Assembly: GCA_963843145.1 (NCBI GenBank)
Contig: CAWJJC010000020.1
Coordinates: 416,001-480,000 of the forward strand
Length of the DNA: 64,000 bases
Origin: an uncultured delta proteobacterium
GTDB taxonomy: Bacteria > Desulfobacterota > RBG-13-43-22
Direction of reading: 5' to 3'
Below the pieces are notes generated by a model that saw only the letters and a program-made list of their open reading frames with translations, ran no database searches and was not told the origin of the DNA. The translations under genes were made by a program, and so were the position numbers. Positions 1-7,977 of the stretch are shown one piece after another. Numbering within the stretch: the first letter of the stretch is position 1; each line of letters opens with the position of its first letter.

Positions 1-245
1 TGAATCACCATAATCGGTCCTTTTTCACAAAACCCGTGACAACCCGTCAGCTTGACTTCGACCTCCTCTTGTAAGTTTTGTTGCTTCAATTCCTGAATCA
101 GGGCCTGATAAACGTTTTCGGTTCCGTAGGCCCCGCAGCCCGAGCCGGCACACAAAGAAATCAGCTTCTTTTTTACCTCCCGGCCTTGGGCCTGAAGGGA
201 CTGTCGTAAGGCGATCAGCGCGGTTCTATCTTCTAACCTGGGCAT
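1..245 (-). CDS. NuoF/HydB-like NAD(P)H-oxidising flavoprotein, N-terminal [2Fe-2S] thioredoxin-like domain (partial, runs off window)
   Basis: Manual translation MPRLEDRTALIALRQSL...LCAGSGCGAYG...KLTGCHGFCEKGPIMVI; GGAGG RBS upstream; follows a nuoE-like gene. Confidence 0.8.
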   Translation of the reverse strand, partial: MPRLEDRTALIALRQSLQAQGREVKKKLISLCAGSGCGAYGTENVYQALIQELKQQNLQEEVEVKLTGCHGFCEKGPIMVI

Positions 246-269
246 GGTACGTTAATCCCTCCAACCCCA

Positions 270-773
270 TCAACCGGTAGGGGGCCTGTTTTTATATTTA
301 TCGATCACTTTCAGGACGCTGCTGCGATCCAGCCCGCCATGGGTTTGACGATTCACCGTAATCACCGGGCCTGAGGCGCAACAACCGATACAACGAACGG
401 ACTCCAGGGTAAAAAGCCGATCGGCGGAGGTCTGACCCTTCTGAATTTCTAATTTTTCTTCCAAGGCGTCAATAATCTTATCCGCTCCCCGTACGTGGCA
501 GGCCGTCCCGGTGCAGACGTTAACGATATATTTTCCCCGGGGCTCCAGGCTTAAGGCCTTATAAAAAGTGGCCACCCCGTAAATCAAACTTTCCTTTAAA
601 TGAAGTTCTTGGGCCAGGAGCGGAACCACTTCGGGAGGCACAAAATTATACAGATCGCTGATATCCTGCAAAATCATCAGCAGCGCCTCTTGGTTTCCAC
701 CATATTTTTCGATGATCTCGTCGACCTTCTGCCGATCAATTTGGATGTGGCTTTCCATGACGTTACTTACCAT
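270..773 (-). CDS. nuoE: NuoE/HydC-like [2Fe-2S] subunit
   Basis: YGVATFY, VCTGTACHVRG, CIGCCASGPV motifs; the start may be Met at 758. Confidence 0.9.
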   Translation of the reverse strand: MVSNVMESHIQIDRQKVDEIIEKYGGNQEALLMILQDISDLYNFVPPEVVPLLAQELHLKESLIYGVATFYKALSLEPRGKYIVNVCTGTACHVRGADKIIDALEEKLEIQKGQTSADRLFTLESVRCIGCCASGPVITVNRQTHGGLDRSSVLKVIDKYKNRPPTG

Positions 774-885
774 AATTTTTTTTATTCGAAAAAGGGTGGT
801 TATGATTTTTACAACGCCCCGTGCTTCCAGAACCCGTTTCGCTCAGACGAGTTCATTTCGGGGGTATTCCGGAATCCGCTACCCG

Positions 886-1302
886 TCAGCCGGCCTGTAC
901 TTGATACCGTACGGGGCAATGTTCAATACAGGCGCCACAGCCGGTGCAGAGATCCGCATCGACATAGCGAGCGCGTTTTCTGACCATCACTTTGAATTTC
1001 CCCGGTTGCCCGCTGACTCCTACCACATCGGCCAAGGTAATGATCTCGATATTCGGATTGGAAGCCACTTCGATGAGCTTGGGAGAGATCATGCAAGTCG
1101 AACAATCGTTGGTGGGGAAGGTCTTATCGAGCTGGGCCATGACGCCGCCGATGCTGACGTTTTTTTCCACCAAATAAACCTTGAAACCGGCATTAGCCAG
1201 ATCCAACGCGGATTGCATGCCGGAAATCCCGGCGCCCACCACCAGTACGGCTCCATTTATTTCTTTTTCCCTAAGGGACGATTCAACGGCAGATGATTCC
1301 AT
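886..1302 (-). CDS. hdrA: Short HdrA-like protein (N-terminal FAD-binding segment plus one ferredoxin motif)
   Basis: VLVVGAGISG, GGVMAQLDKTFPTNDCSTC, CTGCGACIEHCP; only 138 aa. Confidence 0.85.
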   Translation of the reverse strand: MESSAVESSLREKEINGAVLVVGAGISGMQSALDLANAGFKVYLVEKNVSIGGVMAQLDKTFPTNDCSTCMISPKLIEVASNPNIEIITLADVVGVSGQPGKFKVMVRKRARYVDADLCTGCGACIEHCPVRYQVQAG

Positions 1303-1303
1303 T

Positions 1304-2164
1304 TTAGATCAATCCCTTTCTTTCCAGGAGGGGTAGGGGGTTGACGAGGTGCCGGGAGAGCCAGGTTTTTACCTCGGGAATATTCCAGGCCACGCCGATC
1401 AGTTCGGTAAAATAGTAAACCGGCAGATCGTATTTCTTTTTAAACAGCTCGGCGATCTTGGCCTGAGGCATATCCAGGTTGGCCTGGCACATCTGGCAGG
1501 AGACGACGATGGCCTCGGCCCCCGCCTCCAGAGCCCGCTCATAGAGCCGCTGCACCAGGGTGTGAACAATATCCGGGCGGGATATGGTATGGCTGGCCCC
1601 GCAACAGTCGGTCTTATAAGACCAGTCCGGAACCGTGGCCCCCAGGGCTTTTAGCAAGGTATCCATATTCTGGGGGTTTTCGTGTTCGCTCGCCCCAGTG
1701 ATTTTGGGAGGACGGTTGGCCATGCACCCATAGTAAGCAACCAGTGAAAGCCCCTGGAGGGGCTGCTTGACCTGGGCTTGGATTTGAGCCAGCCAGACCG
1801 GTTGGCTTAAGAAATCCAAAAGATCCCAGACCTTGATCCGCCCGGAAAAAGTATAGGGAAGGCCTTCCCCTGCCCCTTGCTCCAGTTCATGGCCGGCTGT
1901 TTTTAAGCGGTTGAAACACATGGGGCAGGGTACCACTACATCCAACCCGGCCTGCTCGGCCAGGGCTAAATTCCGGGCCGGCAAGGCCAGGGATAAAAAT
2001 TTGTCCGTGCTGTGCGCCGCCGTGGCCCCGCAACAGCTCCAATCATTGATCTCGGCCAGCTCAATCCCCAACTGGTTACACACATATTCCAGCGATTCCC
2101 GGTAGTCCCGGGCCGTGGCCTCCAGCGAACAGCCTGGATAGTAGGAAACTTTCATAGCGTTCAT
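1304..2164 (-). CDS. hdrB: Heterodisulfide reductase subunit B (two CCG domains)
   Basis: YYPGCSL, WSCCG, CPMC, YYGC, DCCG, CQMCQANLD; ATG at 2164 overlaps the hdrC stop (ATGA). Confidence 0.92.
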   Translation of the reverse strand: MNAMKVSYYPGCSLEATARDYRESLEYVCNQLGIELAEINDWSCCGATAAHSTDKFLSLALPARNLALAEQAGLDVVVPCPMCFNRLKTAGHELEQGAGEGLPYTFSGRIKVWDLLDFLSQPVWLAQIQAQVKQPLQGLSLVAYYGCMANRPPKITGASEHENPQNMDTLLKALGATVPDWSYKTDCCGASHTISRPDIVHTLVQRLYERALEAGAEAIVVSCQMCQANLDMPQAKIAELFKKKYDLPVYYFTELIGVAWNIPEVKTWLSRHLVNPLPLLERKGLI

Positions 2165-2760
2165 CCTTGATCCTTTAGCCTTGCTCCTCGTTCCTGGAAA
2201 AGCTGTCGAACTTCGTCCTTCCCTTTGATCGAGTGGGGCAACAGGTTCAGCCTCCCCTTCCGGTACATGGTCCAACCCAGGCGCAGCTCCTCCAGGATGG
2301 ACAGGTCTTTCAATTTAGTGAAAGCCTCGCCACTCTTGAGCAGATAGTTTTGCATCAGCCCCGATTCAAAGATCCGACCCCGTTTGCGGATATCGTCTAA
2401 AAAGACCTGGTGAAAGGTCAGGACCTTCCCCTCCCGGGCCTTCGATTTCTCCCGCACCACCGTCTGCTTCAGGTAGTCCATAGCCCCGGCGATATCCACC
2501 TCGTTCGGGCACCGGGTGGTGCAGGTCTCGCAGGAGGCGCAGACCCAGATGGTCGAACTGTTCAAGACCGGCTCCCGGATCCCCAACTGAATATAGCGCA
2601 TCACCTGGTCGGGATAAAGATCCATGGCAAAGGTCACCGGACAGCCATTGGTGCATTTCCGGCACTGGTAACAGGCCGAAACCTTTACTCCGCTCCCGCT
2701 CTCGACTTCTTCCAGAAATCCCGATTTCAAGACCAAGTATTCTTCTTCCCGCTGCTCCAT
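2161..2760 (-). CDS. hdrC: Heterodisulfide reductase subunit C
   Basis: CYQCRKCTNGCP and WVCASCETCTTRCP [4Fe-4S] motifs. Confidence 0.92.
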   Translation of the reverse strand: MEQREEEYLVLKSGFLEEVESGSGVKVSACYQCRKCTNGCPVTFAMDLYPDQVMRYIQLGIREPVLNSSTIWVCASCETCTTRCPNEVDIAGAMDYLKQTVVREKSKAREGKVLTFHQVFLDDIRKRGRIFESGLMQNYLLKSGEAFTKLKDLSILEELRLGWTMYRKGRLNLLPHSIKGKDEVRQLFQERGARLKDQG

Positions 2761-2865
2761 AATATTCCCTTGAATAACTTGAATAAGATGTCCGTCGTTA
2801 ACTAAGCCCGCCTAACCCTTCCTATCCGCTGGGGATTCTAGGGAGCCGGAACCTTTCCTATTCCA

Positions 2866-3258
2866 TTAAACGACCAGGCGCTGGAGGCTGCTTAACAGTT
2901 CCTCCGCCTCGGGGGGTTTTTCAATATAGGCCTCGGGTTCGGGGATGGAGGCGCCATGGTAACGGTCCAGCTCCTTGTGCGAGTGAAAAAAAGTCTTCTT
3001 AGATACCGCGGAACACATGATCACCGGGATATGTTTGGTGGCCTCATTGGATTTAATTTCCCGGTATAATTTCAGGCCGCTTTCCTTGGGCATCATCACA
3101 TCCAAAATAATGCCTTCCGGCTTATTTTCTTTAATCATCTTCAGTCCTTCTTCCCCATCCTTGGCCACAATAGGTTTATAGCCGTTGGTTTCCAGCAGGG
3201 TAGAGATAAAAATGCGAATGTCCATTTCATCATCCACCACCAAAATTTTCTTTTTCAT
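2866..3258 (-). CDS. Single-domain response regulator
   Basis: ILVVDDE, ILDVMMP, EKP receiver motifs; no output domain. Confidence 0.92.
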   Translation of the reverse strand: MKKKILVVDDEMDIRIFISTLLETNGYKPIVAKDGEEGLKMIKENKPEGIILDVMMPKESGLKLYREIKSNEATKHIPVIMCSAVSKKTFFHSHKELDRYHGASIPEPEAYIEKPPEAEELLSSLQRLVV

Positions 3259-3275
3259 GTCTCCCTCCCTGGTTC

Positions 3276-3752
3276 CTAAAGTTTAAAAATTTTCCCGGGT
3301 AAGCGGATGGCCATTACGGTGCAATGGGCCCGACGGGCTACGTTTTCCGCCGTGCTGCCGAAGGTCGTTTTGTCCAGCTCCGAGCTGCCGGAAGCGCCCA
3401 GGACAATGAAATCCACGTCATGGGCCCGGGCAAAGCGAACGATCTCCACGAAAGGGACGCCGGCCACGACCTGATATTCATAATTCTGAAAACTCCCCAT
3501 TTTGGCCCCATACTTCTCTTTGAGTTTCTGTACCCCCTTTTCCATCACTTCCGGAGACATGAAAAACTCTTCTCCCCCTTCAGACTGCTCATCCACTACC
3601 TGCCGGGTGTACTTGTGAGGAGAGTGGAGCACGTGGAAAACGATGAGGTGCGCCTGATATTTCTCCGCCATGTCCCAGGCCGTAAGAAAGGCATAATCGG
3701 CATCCTCGGAAAAATCAGTGCAGTAAAGAATGTTCTTGTATTTCAGTTCCAT
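3276..3752 (-). CDS. Universal stress protein
   Basis: ILYCTDFS...IVLGASG...FGSTAENVARRA; AGGAGG RBS before ATG 3752. Confidence 0.92.
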   Translation of the reverse strand: MELKYKNILYCTDFSEDADYAFLTAWDMAEKYQAHLIVFHVLHSPHKYTRQVVDEQSEGGEEFFMSPEVMEKGVQKLKEKYGAKMGSFQNYEYQVVAGVPFVEIVRFARAHDVDFIVLGASGSSELDKTTFGSTAENVARRAHCTVMAIRLPGKIFKL

Positions 3753-3799
3753 AAGGGCCTCCTGGATAAAAAGGTTTGCCTCACTCGGCTTTCTCAAAC

Positions 3800-3815
3800 T
3801 GCATCTTCCATACCA
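3800..3815 (-). promoter_or_regulatory. Sigma54 (-24/-12) promoter of the usp-RR-hdrCBA-nuoEF operon
   Basis: Minus strand TGGTATGGAAGATGCA = GG-N10-GC, about 50 bp upstream of the usp start. Confidence 0.7.
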
Positions 3816-3867
3816 AATGGTTCACAAAAAAACCTCAGTCCCACCCTCCCGGTCTCCGTTTCCTTTT

Positions 3868-3880
3868 CAACCCACTGATT
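3868..3880 (-). promoter_or_regulatory. Putative IHF site
   Basis: AATCAGTGGGTTG, one mismatch to WATCAANNNNTTR; lies between the sigma54 promoter and the candidate UAS. Confidence 0.45.
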
Positions 3881-3990
3881 TTGCATAGTTAAATAGTTTA
3901 AAAGGCCGGCTCCCTTTCGAATCGACATTAAAAGTGTAGGCTTGCGGAGGGATTTGGCTGGGCCAGGGATTCTTGATTCTTCGAAACCGA

Positions 3991-4017
3991 ACGTTGCATG
4001 CTACAACATTTGTTGCA
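3991..4017. promoter_or_regulatory. Candidate upstream activator sequence (GTTGCA...TACAAC dyad)
   Basis: acgttgcatgctacaacatttgttgca; near-copy acgttgcatccgtgcaacatctgtttca at 7953-7980. Confidence 0.5.
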
Positions 4018-4045
4018 AGCCCATTCATTTCATGTCCTGCCTTTC

Positions 4046-5602
4046 TCAAGCTGCCGGCTGAGAGTGAGTCGTCGGTTCGTTCCGCTGTCTTTTGGGCAAG
4101 ATGACCTGAAAGACCGCGCCTTGCTGGGGAGCGGATTCCACCCGGATCTCTCCCTCATGTTCCTGGACGATTTTATGGGAAAGCAGCAATCCCAGCCCGG
4201 TTCCCCGCGAACCCTTGGTGCTGAAAAAAATGGTAAACAATTTTTTCCGAACTTCGGCCGACATTCCCAGCCCGTTGTCCCGGACTTCCAACAGGATCTT
4301 TTCTTCCGGCAGGGACCGACTGCGAATGATCGTTTCCGGTTCGGAAGGCAGACCCTCCCCCAAGGTGCAGGCATCGATGGCATTTCCCACCAGATTGGCC
4401 AGGACTTGATATATTTCCCTGGGGTCCAAGGACAAGGGCTCCATATTTTCATCGAGGTCGAGCTTTAATCGTACCCCTCGCTCGGCGGCCTGATCCCGAT
4501 ACAGTTCATACACTTCTCGAATCAGATCATTGGGTTGAACGATTTCCCATTCCGGATCCCGTTCCTTACAGAAGGACAGGAGATCCATCGTCAGTTGAGA
4601 TATTTTTTCTATATTTCGCTCCACCATGGCCCACCCGTCCTGGAGGTACTTCATTTCCTTAATTTCCAGTCCTTTATTCACCATGAACCGGCCGCCTTTA
4701 AGCCCTCCCAAAATATTCTTGATCGCGTGGGCCATGCCGGCTACGGTCTGGCCGGTGGCGGCCAGGCGCTCAGCCCGCAGCAACTCTTTCTGCAGGCGAT
4801 CCATTTCCCGCTGGTCTTGGAGACAGCAGATACCGCCGATAATTTGGCCGTTCTCCAGGAGCAAGTTGCCGGAAAGCTGAACCGGGATGTTTTCCTGGGT
4901 TTTGCAGATCAAAAGGCTCCTTTTGATCAGGCATCGGTTTTTTATCGGCCCGAACTCCTGTCCCTGAATCGCTTGGGAGACAAACTCGCTCCACTCGGGA
5001 ACCAACCGGATCAGGGGGTCAGGAATTCCCTGCAGTTCCTCTAGGGTATATCCGGAAAGGGTTTGAGCGCTCTGGTTGAATAAAATGATTTTCCCTTGCC
5101 GATCGGTGCCGACGAAGGCATCCAATGAGCTTTGCAGTAGATTTTCCTGAAGGGTGAAGTTTTTTTTCAGTTCCTCGGTGGCTTCGCGGACTTGGATTTT
5201 TAAATTCTCGTTATAGCGCTTGAGGGCCCGCCGCCAAGCCAATTTTTCTTCGGCCCTTCGGAGCGCCACAAAGAGGGCCTCGTCGTGAATCGGCTTGGTG
5301 ATAAAATCGGAGGCATCCAATTGCAACGATTGGATGGCCACTTCCATCTCGCCGTGGCCGGTAATGACAATCACTTCGGTGTCCGGGCTCAGGGCCTTGA
5401 CTCGACGTAGGACCTCCATTCCGTCCAGGCCCGGCATTTTAATGTCGGTCAGGATAATCTCTGGAGCTTCCTCCTGGAACAGCTCCATCCCCCGTTCCCC
5501 ATCTATAGCGATGGATACCGGATAGCCGGCATCCCGTAAGGAAATCCCCAATAGTTTCCGGATCCCTTCCTCGTCATCGATCAACAGTATCTTGGGTTTC
5601 AT
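4046..5602 (-). CDS. Hybrid sensor kinase REC-PAS-HisKA-HATPase
   Basis: N-terminal receiver, AHAIKN H-box, NLVGNAIDA, DNGLG, FFSTKG, GTGLGL. Confidence 0.93.
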   Translation of the reverse strand: MKPKILLIDDEEGIRKLLGISLRDAGYPVSIAIDGERGMELFQEEAPEIILTDIKMPGLDGMEVLRRVKALSPDTEVIVITGHGEMEVAIQSLQLDASDFITKPIHDEALFVALRRAEEKLAWRRALKRYNENLKIQVREATEELKKNFTLQENLLQSSLDAFVGTDRQGKIILFNQSAQTLSGYTLEELQGIPDPLIRLVPEWSEFVSQAIQGQEFGPIKNRCLIKRSLLICKTQENIPVQLSGNLLLENGQIIGGICCLQDQREMDRLQKELLRAERLAATGQTVAGMAHAIKNILGGLKGGRFMVNKGLEIKEMKYLQDGWAMVERNIEKISQLTMDLLSFCKERDPEWEIVQPNDLIREVYELYRDQAAERGVRLKLDLDENMEPLSLDPREIYQVLANLVGNAIDACTLGEGLPSEPETIIRSRSLPEEKILLEVRDNGLGMSAEVRKKLFTIFFSTKGSRGTGLGLLLSHKIVQEHEGEIRVESAPQQGAVFQVILPKRQRNEPTTHSQPAA

Positions 5603-7896
5603 AAATTAGCCTTTGGTTCTTTCTCCTCCCGGTATGGCGGGAAGAGGATGATAAAAGTCGTTCCTTTCCCAGGAGCGCTTTCCACCCGAATTTCGCCCTG
5701 GTAATCCCGGACAATTCCGTAACTGATCGAAAGACCCAATCCGGTCCCCTGCCCCACCCCTTTGGTTGAAAAAAACGGTTCGAAAATCTTGCTTTGAGTT
5801 TCGGAGGAGATCCCGCACCCGTTATCCGCAAAAACGATTTTCACCCGACCCTCCGTAAAACGGGTGGAAATTTTGATTTCTTTTTTAGTGACCACCTGTT
5901 CCTCCAGGGCATCCCGGGCGTTCATGGCCAGATTGATGAAAACCTGCTCCAGACGATTTTTATCGGCCAGCACCGGGGGCAATTCGGGATCCAGATCCAA
6001 GAAAACCTTGATTTGCCGTAGCTCCAACTGCTTGCCGATGACCGTCAGCGTCCCCTGGATGGCTTCGTTGACCTGGGTCGGCGCGGTGAGGATCTCCGTC
6101 TTCCGGCCGAATTCCCGGAGGTGATTGATGATTCGGGAGGCCCGATCCACCTGACTATCCATTTCTTCCGCAATGGTACTCAGGGTGTCCTCGGGGATCA
6201 CCTGCCGCTGGCGGACCTTGCGAAGAAGGAAGCTGCTGCCTGTTTTAATAACGGTCAGGGGCTGATTCAATTCGTGCGCTACCCCGGCAGACATTTCTCC
6301 GAGGGTGGCCATCTTGCTGGCCTGCATCAATTGCTGTTCCGTCTGGATTCGTTCGGTAATATCGTTGGTGGTGATAATATAAACCGGGGTATCCCGGTAC
6401 ATCCCTTCCGAACAGCGCAAATTGACATAAAAGGAAGCTCCGGATTGATCGAGCTGTTTTAATTTGCCCAAGAAATTTTTCCGTTCCCGGAAGAAAGCCC
6501 GTAAGGCTTCCCGGTAATCTTCGGACACCAGATCAAAAAATGTTTTTTGTACTAACTCGGGCTTGTCAAAACCATACAAATCCAAAGCCCGGGCATTGGC
6601 ATCCATGACCTCAAAATCGGCCCGTCGCACCACGAAAATGGGGCTGGGATCGTTATCGAAAATCAGCCGGTAGGCCTTTTCGGACTTTATCAGTTCCTCT
6701 TCCAGAACCTTCAGGTTGGTGATGTTGGTGGATAGTTCCATAACCGATACAATCTCCTTCTTCTCGTTGAAGATCGGAGCGGTGTAAATGAGCATATAAG
6801 CCTTTTTTCCGTCTTTGGTGGTGACTACCTCCTCATTGCTGTACACCGCGCCGGTTAAAAAGGTTTTTTCCACGCTGCAATTGGGACATTTATCATCCCG
6901 ATGCTTATACACCTCATAACAATGGGCCCCGTCGGAGCCTCCGAAATCCTTTCTAAACTCCCTGTTGGTTCGGACCAAATTAAAATTTCGATCTTGAACG
7001 CTGATATAACAGGGCACACTTTCGAAAAGGGTCTGAAATTCTTTTTGGCTTTTTTCTAAAGCGGTCGTCGTAGCCAGAATCTTCAGTCGCATTTCTTCAA
7101 AGGATTGAGACAGGTCTCCAATTTCGTCGGGCGAATGGATGGTCACCGGGTGATTCAAATCTCCGGCCGCGATTTCCCGGGTGCTGACCCGCAAGCGGTT
7201 GATGGGACGATTAACGAAAAAGTAAATGCAGAAGCCTACCAGCCCGGAGGCTCCCAGGAAAAAGAAAATGGCAAAGACTATAATATTGAAGACATTTTTC
7301 CCTTTTTCCCTTTCGACTTCCTTCAGTGAAAGGATGACGTCCAGGACCCCCAGTACGGTCCGATCCGGTGGGTGGGCATGACAGGACGCCGTGCTGCAGG
7401 ATTCCTCGTTGTAAATCGGATTGATATACCCCATAACCCGGTCACCATTTTTTGGGGAAAAAATCCGGCTACGGGCGCTCAGGGGGATTCGCTCCAGAGG
7501 TTTATTTTTCTGGTGGCAACTGAAGCAGGCCTCGGCCTGAAGATTCACCGTCTGACCGATTTCCCTGGTGAGGGTGGAGTACATAATCGTCCCCTTCTTG
7601 TTGAAAATACGTATGCGCTCCACCCCGGATTGTTCTCCGGCAGCCTCGATAATTTTCAGCACGGCTTCGGGCTGATACTTCAGCATGCTGTATTTGGTGC
7701 TTTTTTTCAGCGTGTCGCTGAACATTTCGGCCGTGCCCAGGATCTTCTGAATGCTTAGGGCCTCCTGGGTCTTGATGAGGTAATAGGCATAACCCAGGAT
7801 GGTCAGGAACACCACCAGGCCCACGGAAAAACCCAATTTCAAGCTGAGGCTGTTGAAGAGTCGCTTAATGAACGGTTCGATCCAGGACTTGACCAT
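5599..7896 (-). CDS. Membrane sensor histidine kinase with periplasmic c-type heme motifs, HAMP and two PAS domains
   Basis: Two TM segments flanking CFSCH and CSTASCH; HAMP (DEIGDLSQSF); AHELNQP H-box; AAGGAG RBS before ATG 7896. Confidence 0.9.
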   Translation of the reverse strand: MVKSWIEPFIKRLFNSLSLKLGFSVGLVVFLTILGYAYYLIKTQEALSIQKILGTAEMFSDTLKKSTKYSMLKYQPEAVLKIIEAAGEQSGVERIRIFNKKGTIMYSTLTREIGQTVNLQAEACFSCHQKNKPLERIPLSARSRIFSPKNGDRVMGYINPIYNEESCSTASCHAHPPDRTVLGVLDVILSLKEVEREKGKNVFNIIVFAIFFFLGASGLVGFCIYFFVNRPINRLRVSTREIAAGDLNHPVTIHSPDEIGDLSQSFEEMRLKILATTTALEKSQKEFQTLFESVPCYISVQDRNFNLVRTNREFRKDFGGSDGAHCYEVYKHRDDKCPNCSVEKTFLTGAVYSNEEVVTTKDGKKAYMLIYTAPIFNEKKEIVSVMELSTNITNLKVLEEELIKSEKAYRLIFDNDPSPIFVVRRADFEVMDANARALDLYGFDKPELVQKTFFDLVSEDYREALRAFFRERKNFLGKLKQLDQSGASFYVNLRCSEGMYRDTPVYIITTNDITERIQTEQQLMQASKMATLGEMSAGVAHELNQPLTVIKTGSSFLLRKVRQRQVIPEDTLSTIAEEMDSQVDRASRIINHLREFGRKTEILTAPTQVNEAIQGTLTVIGKQLELRQIKVFLDLDPELPPVLADKNRLEQVFINLAMNARDALEEQVVTKKEIKISTRFTEGRVKIVFADNGCGISSETQSKIFEPFFSTKGVGQGTGLGLSISYGIVRDYQGEIRVESAPGKGTTFIILFPPYREEKEPKANL

Positions 7897-7977
7897 AAAA
7901 CTCCTTCGGGACTTTGGAAACACGGACCGGGAAAGAACAATGGACGGGACAGACGTTGCATCCGTGCAACATCTGTT

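Noticed and set aside
886-888. Selenocysteine read-through of the mini-hdrA TGA
   Set aside because: The TGA is not at a Cys-equivalent position, and the following frame (RVADSGIPRNELV) stops after 13 codons with no HdrA similarity
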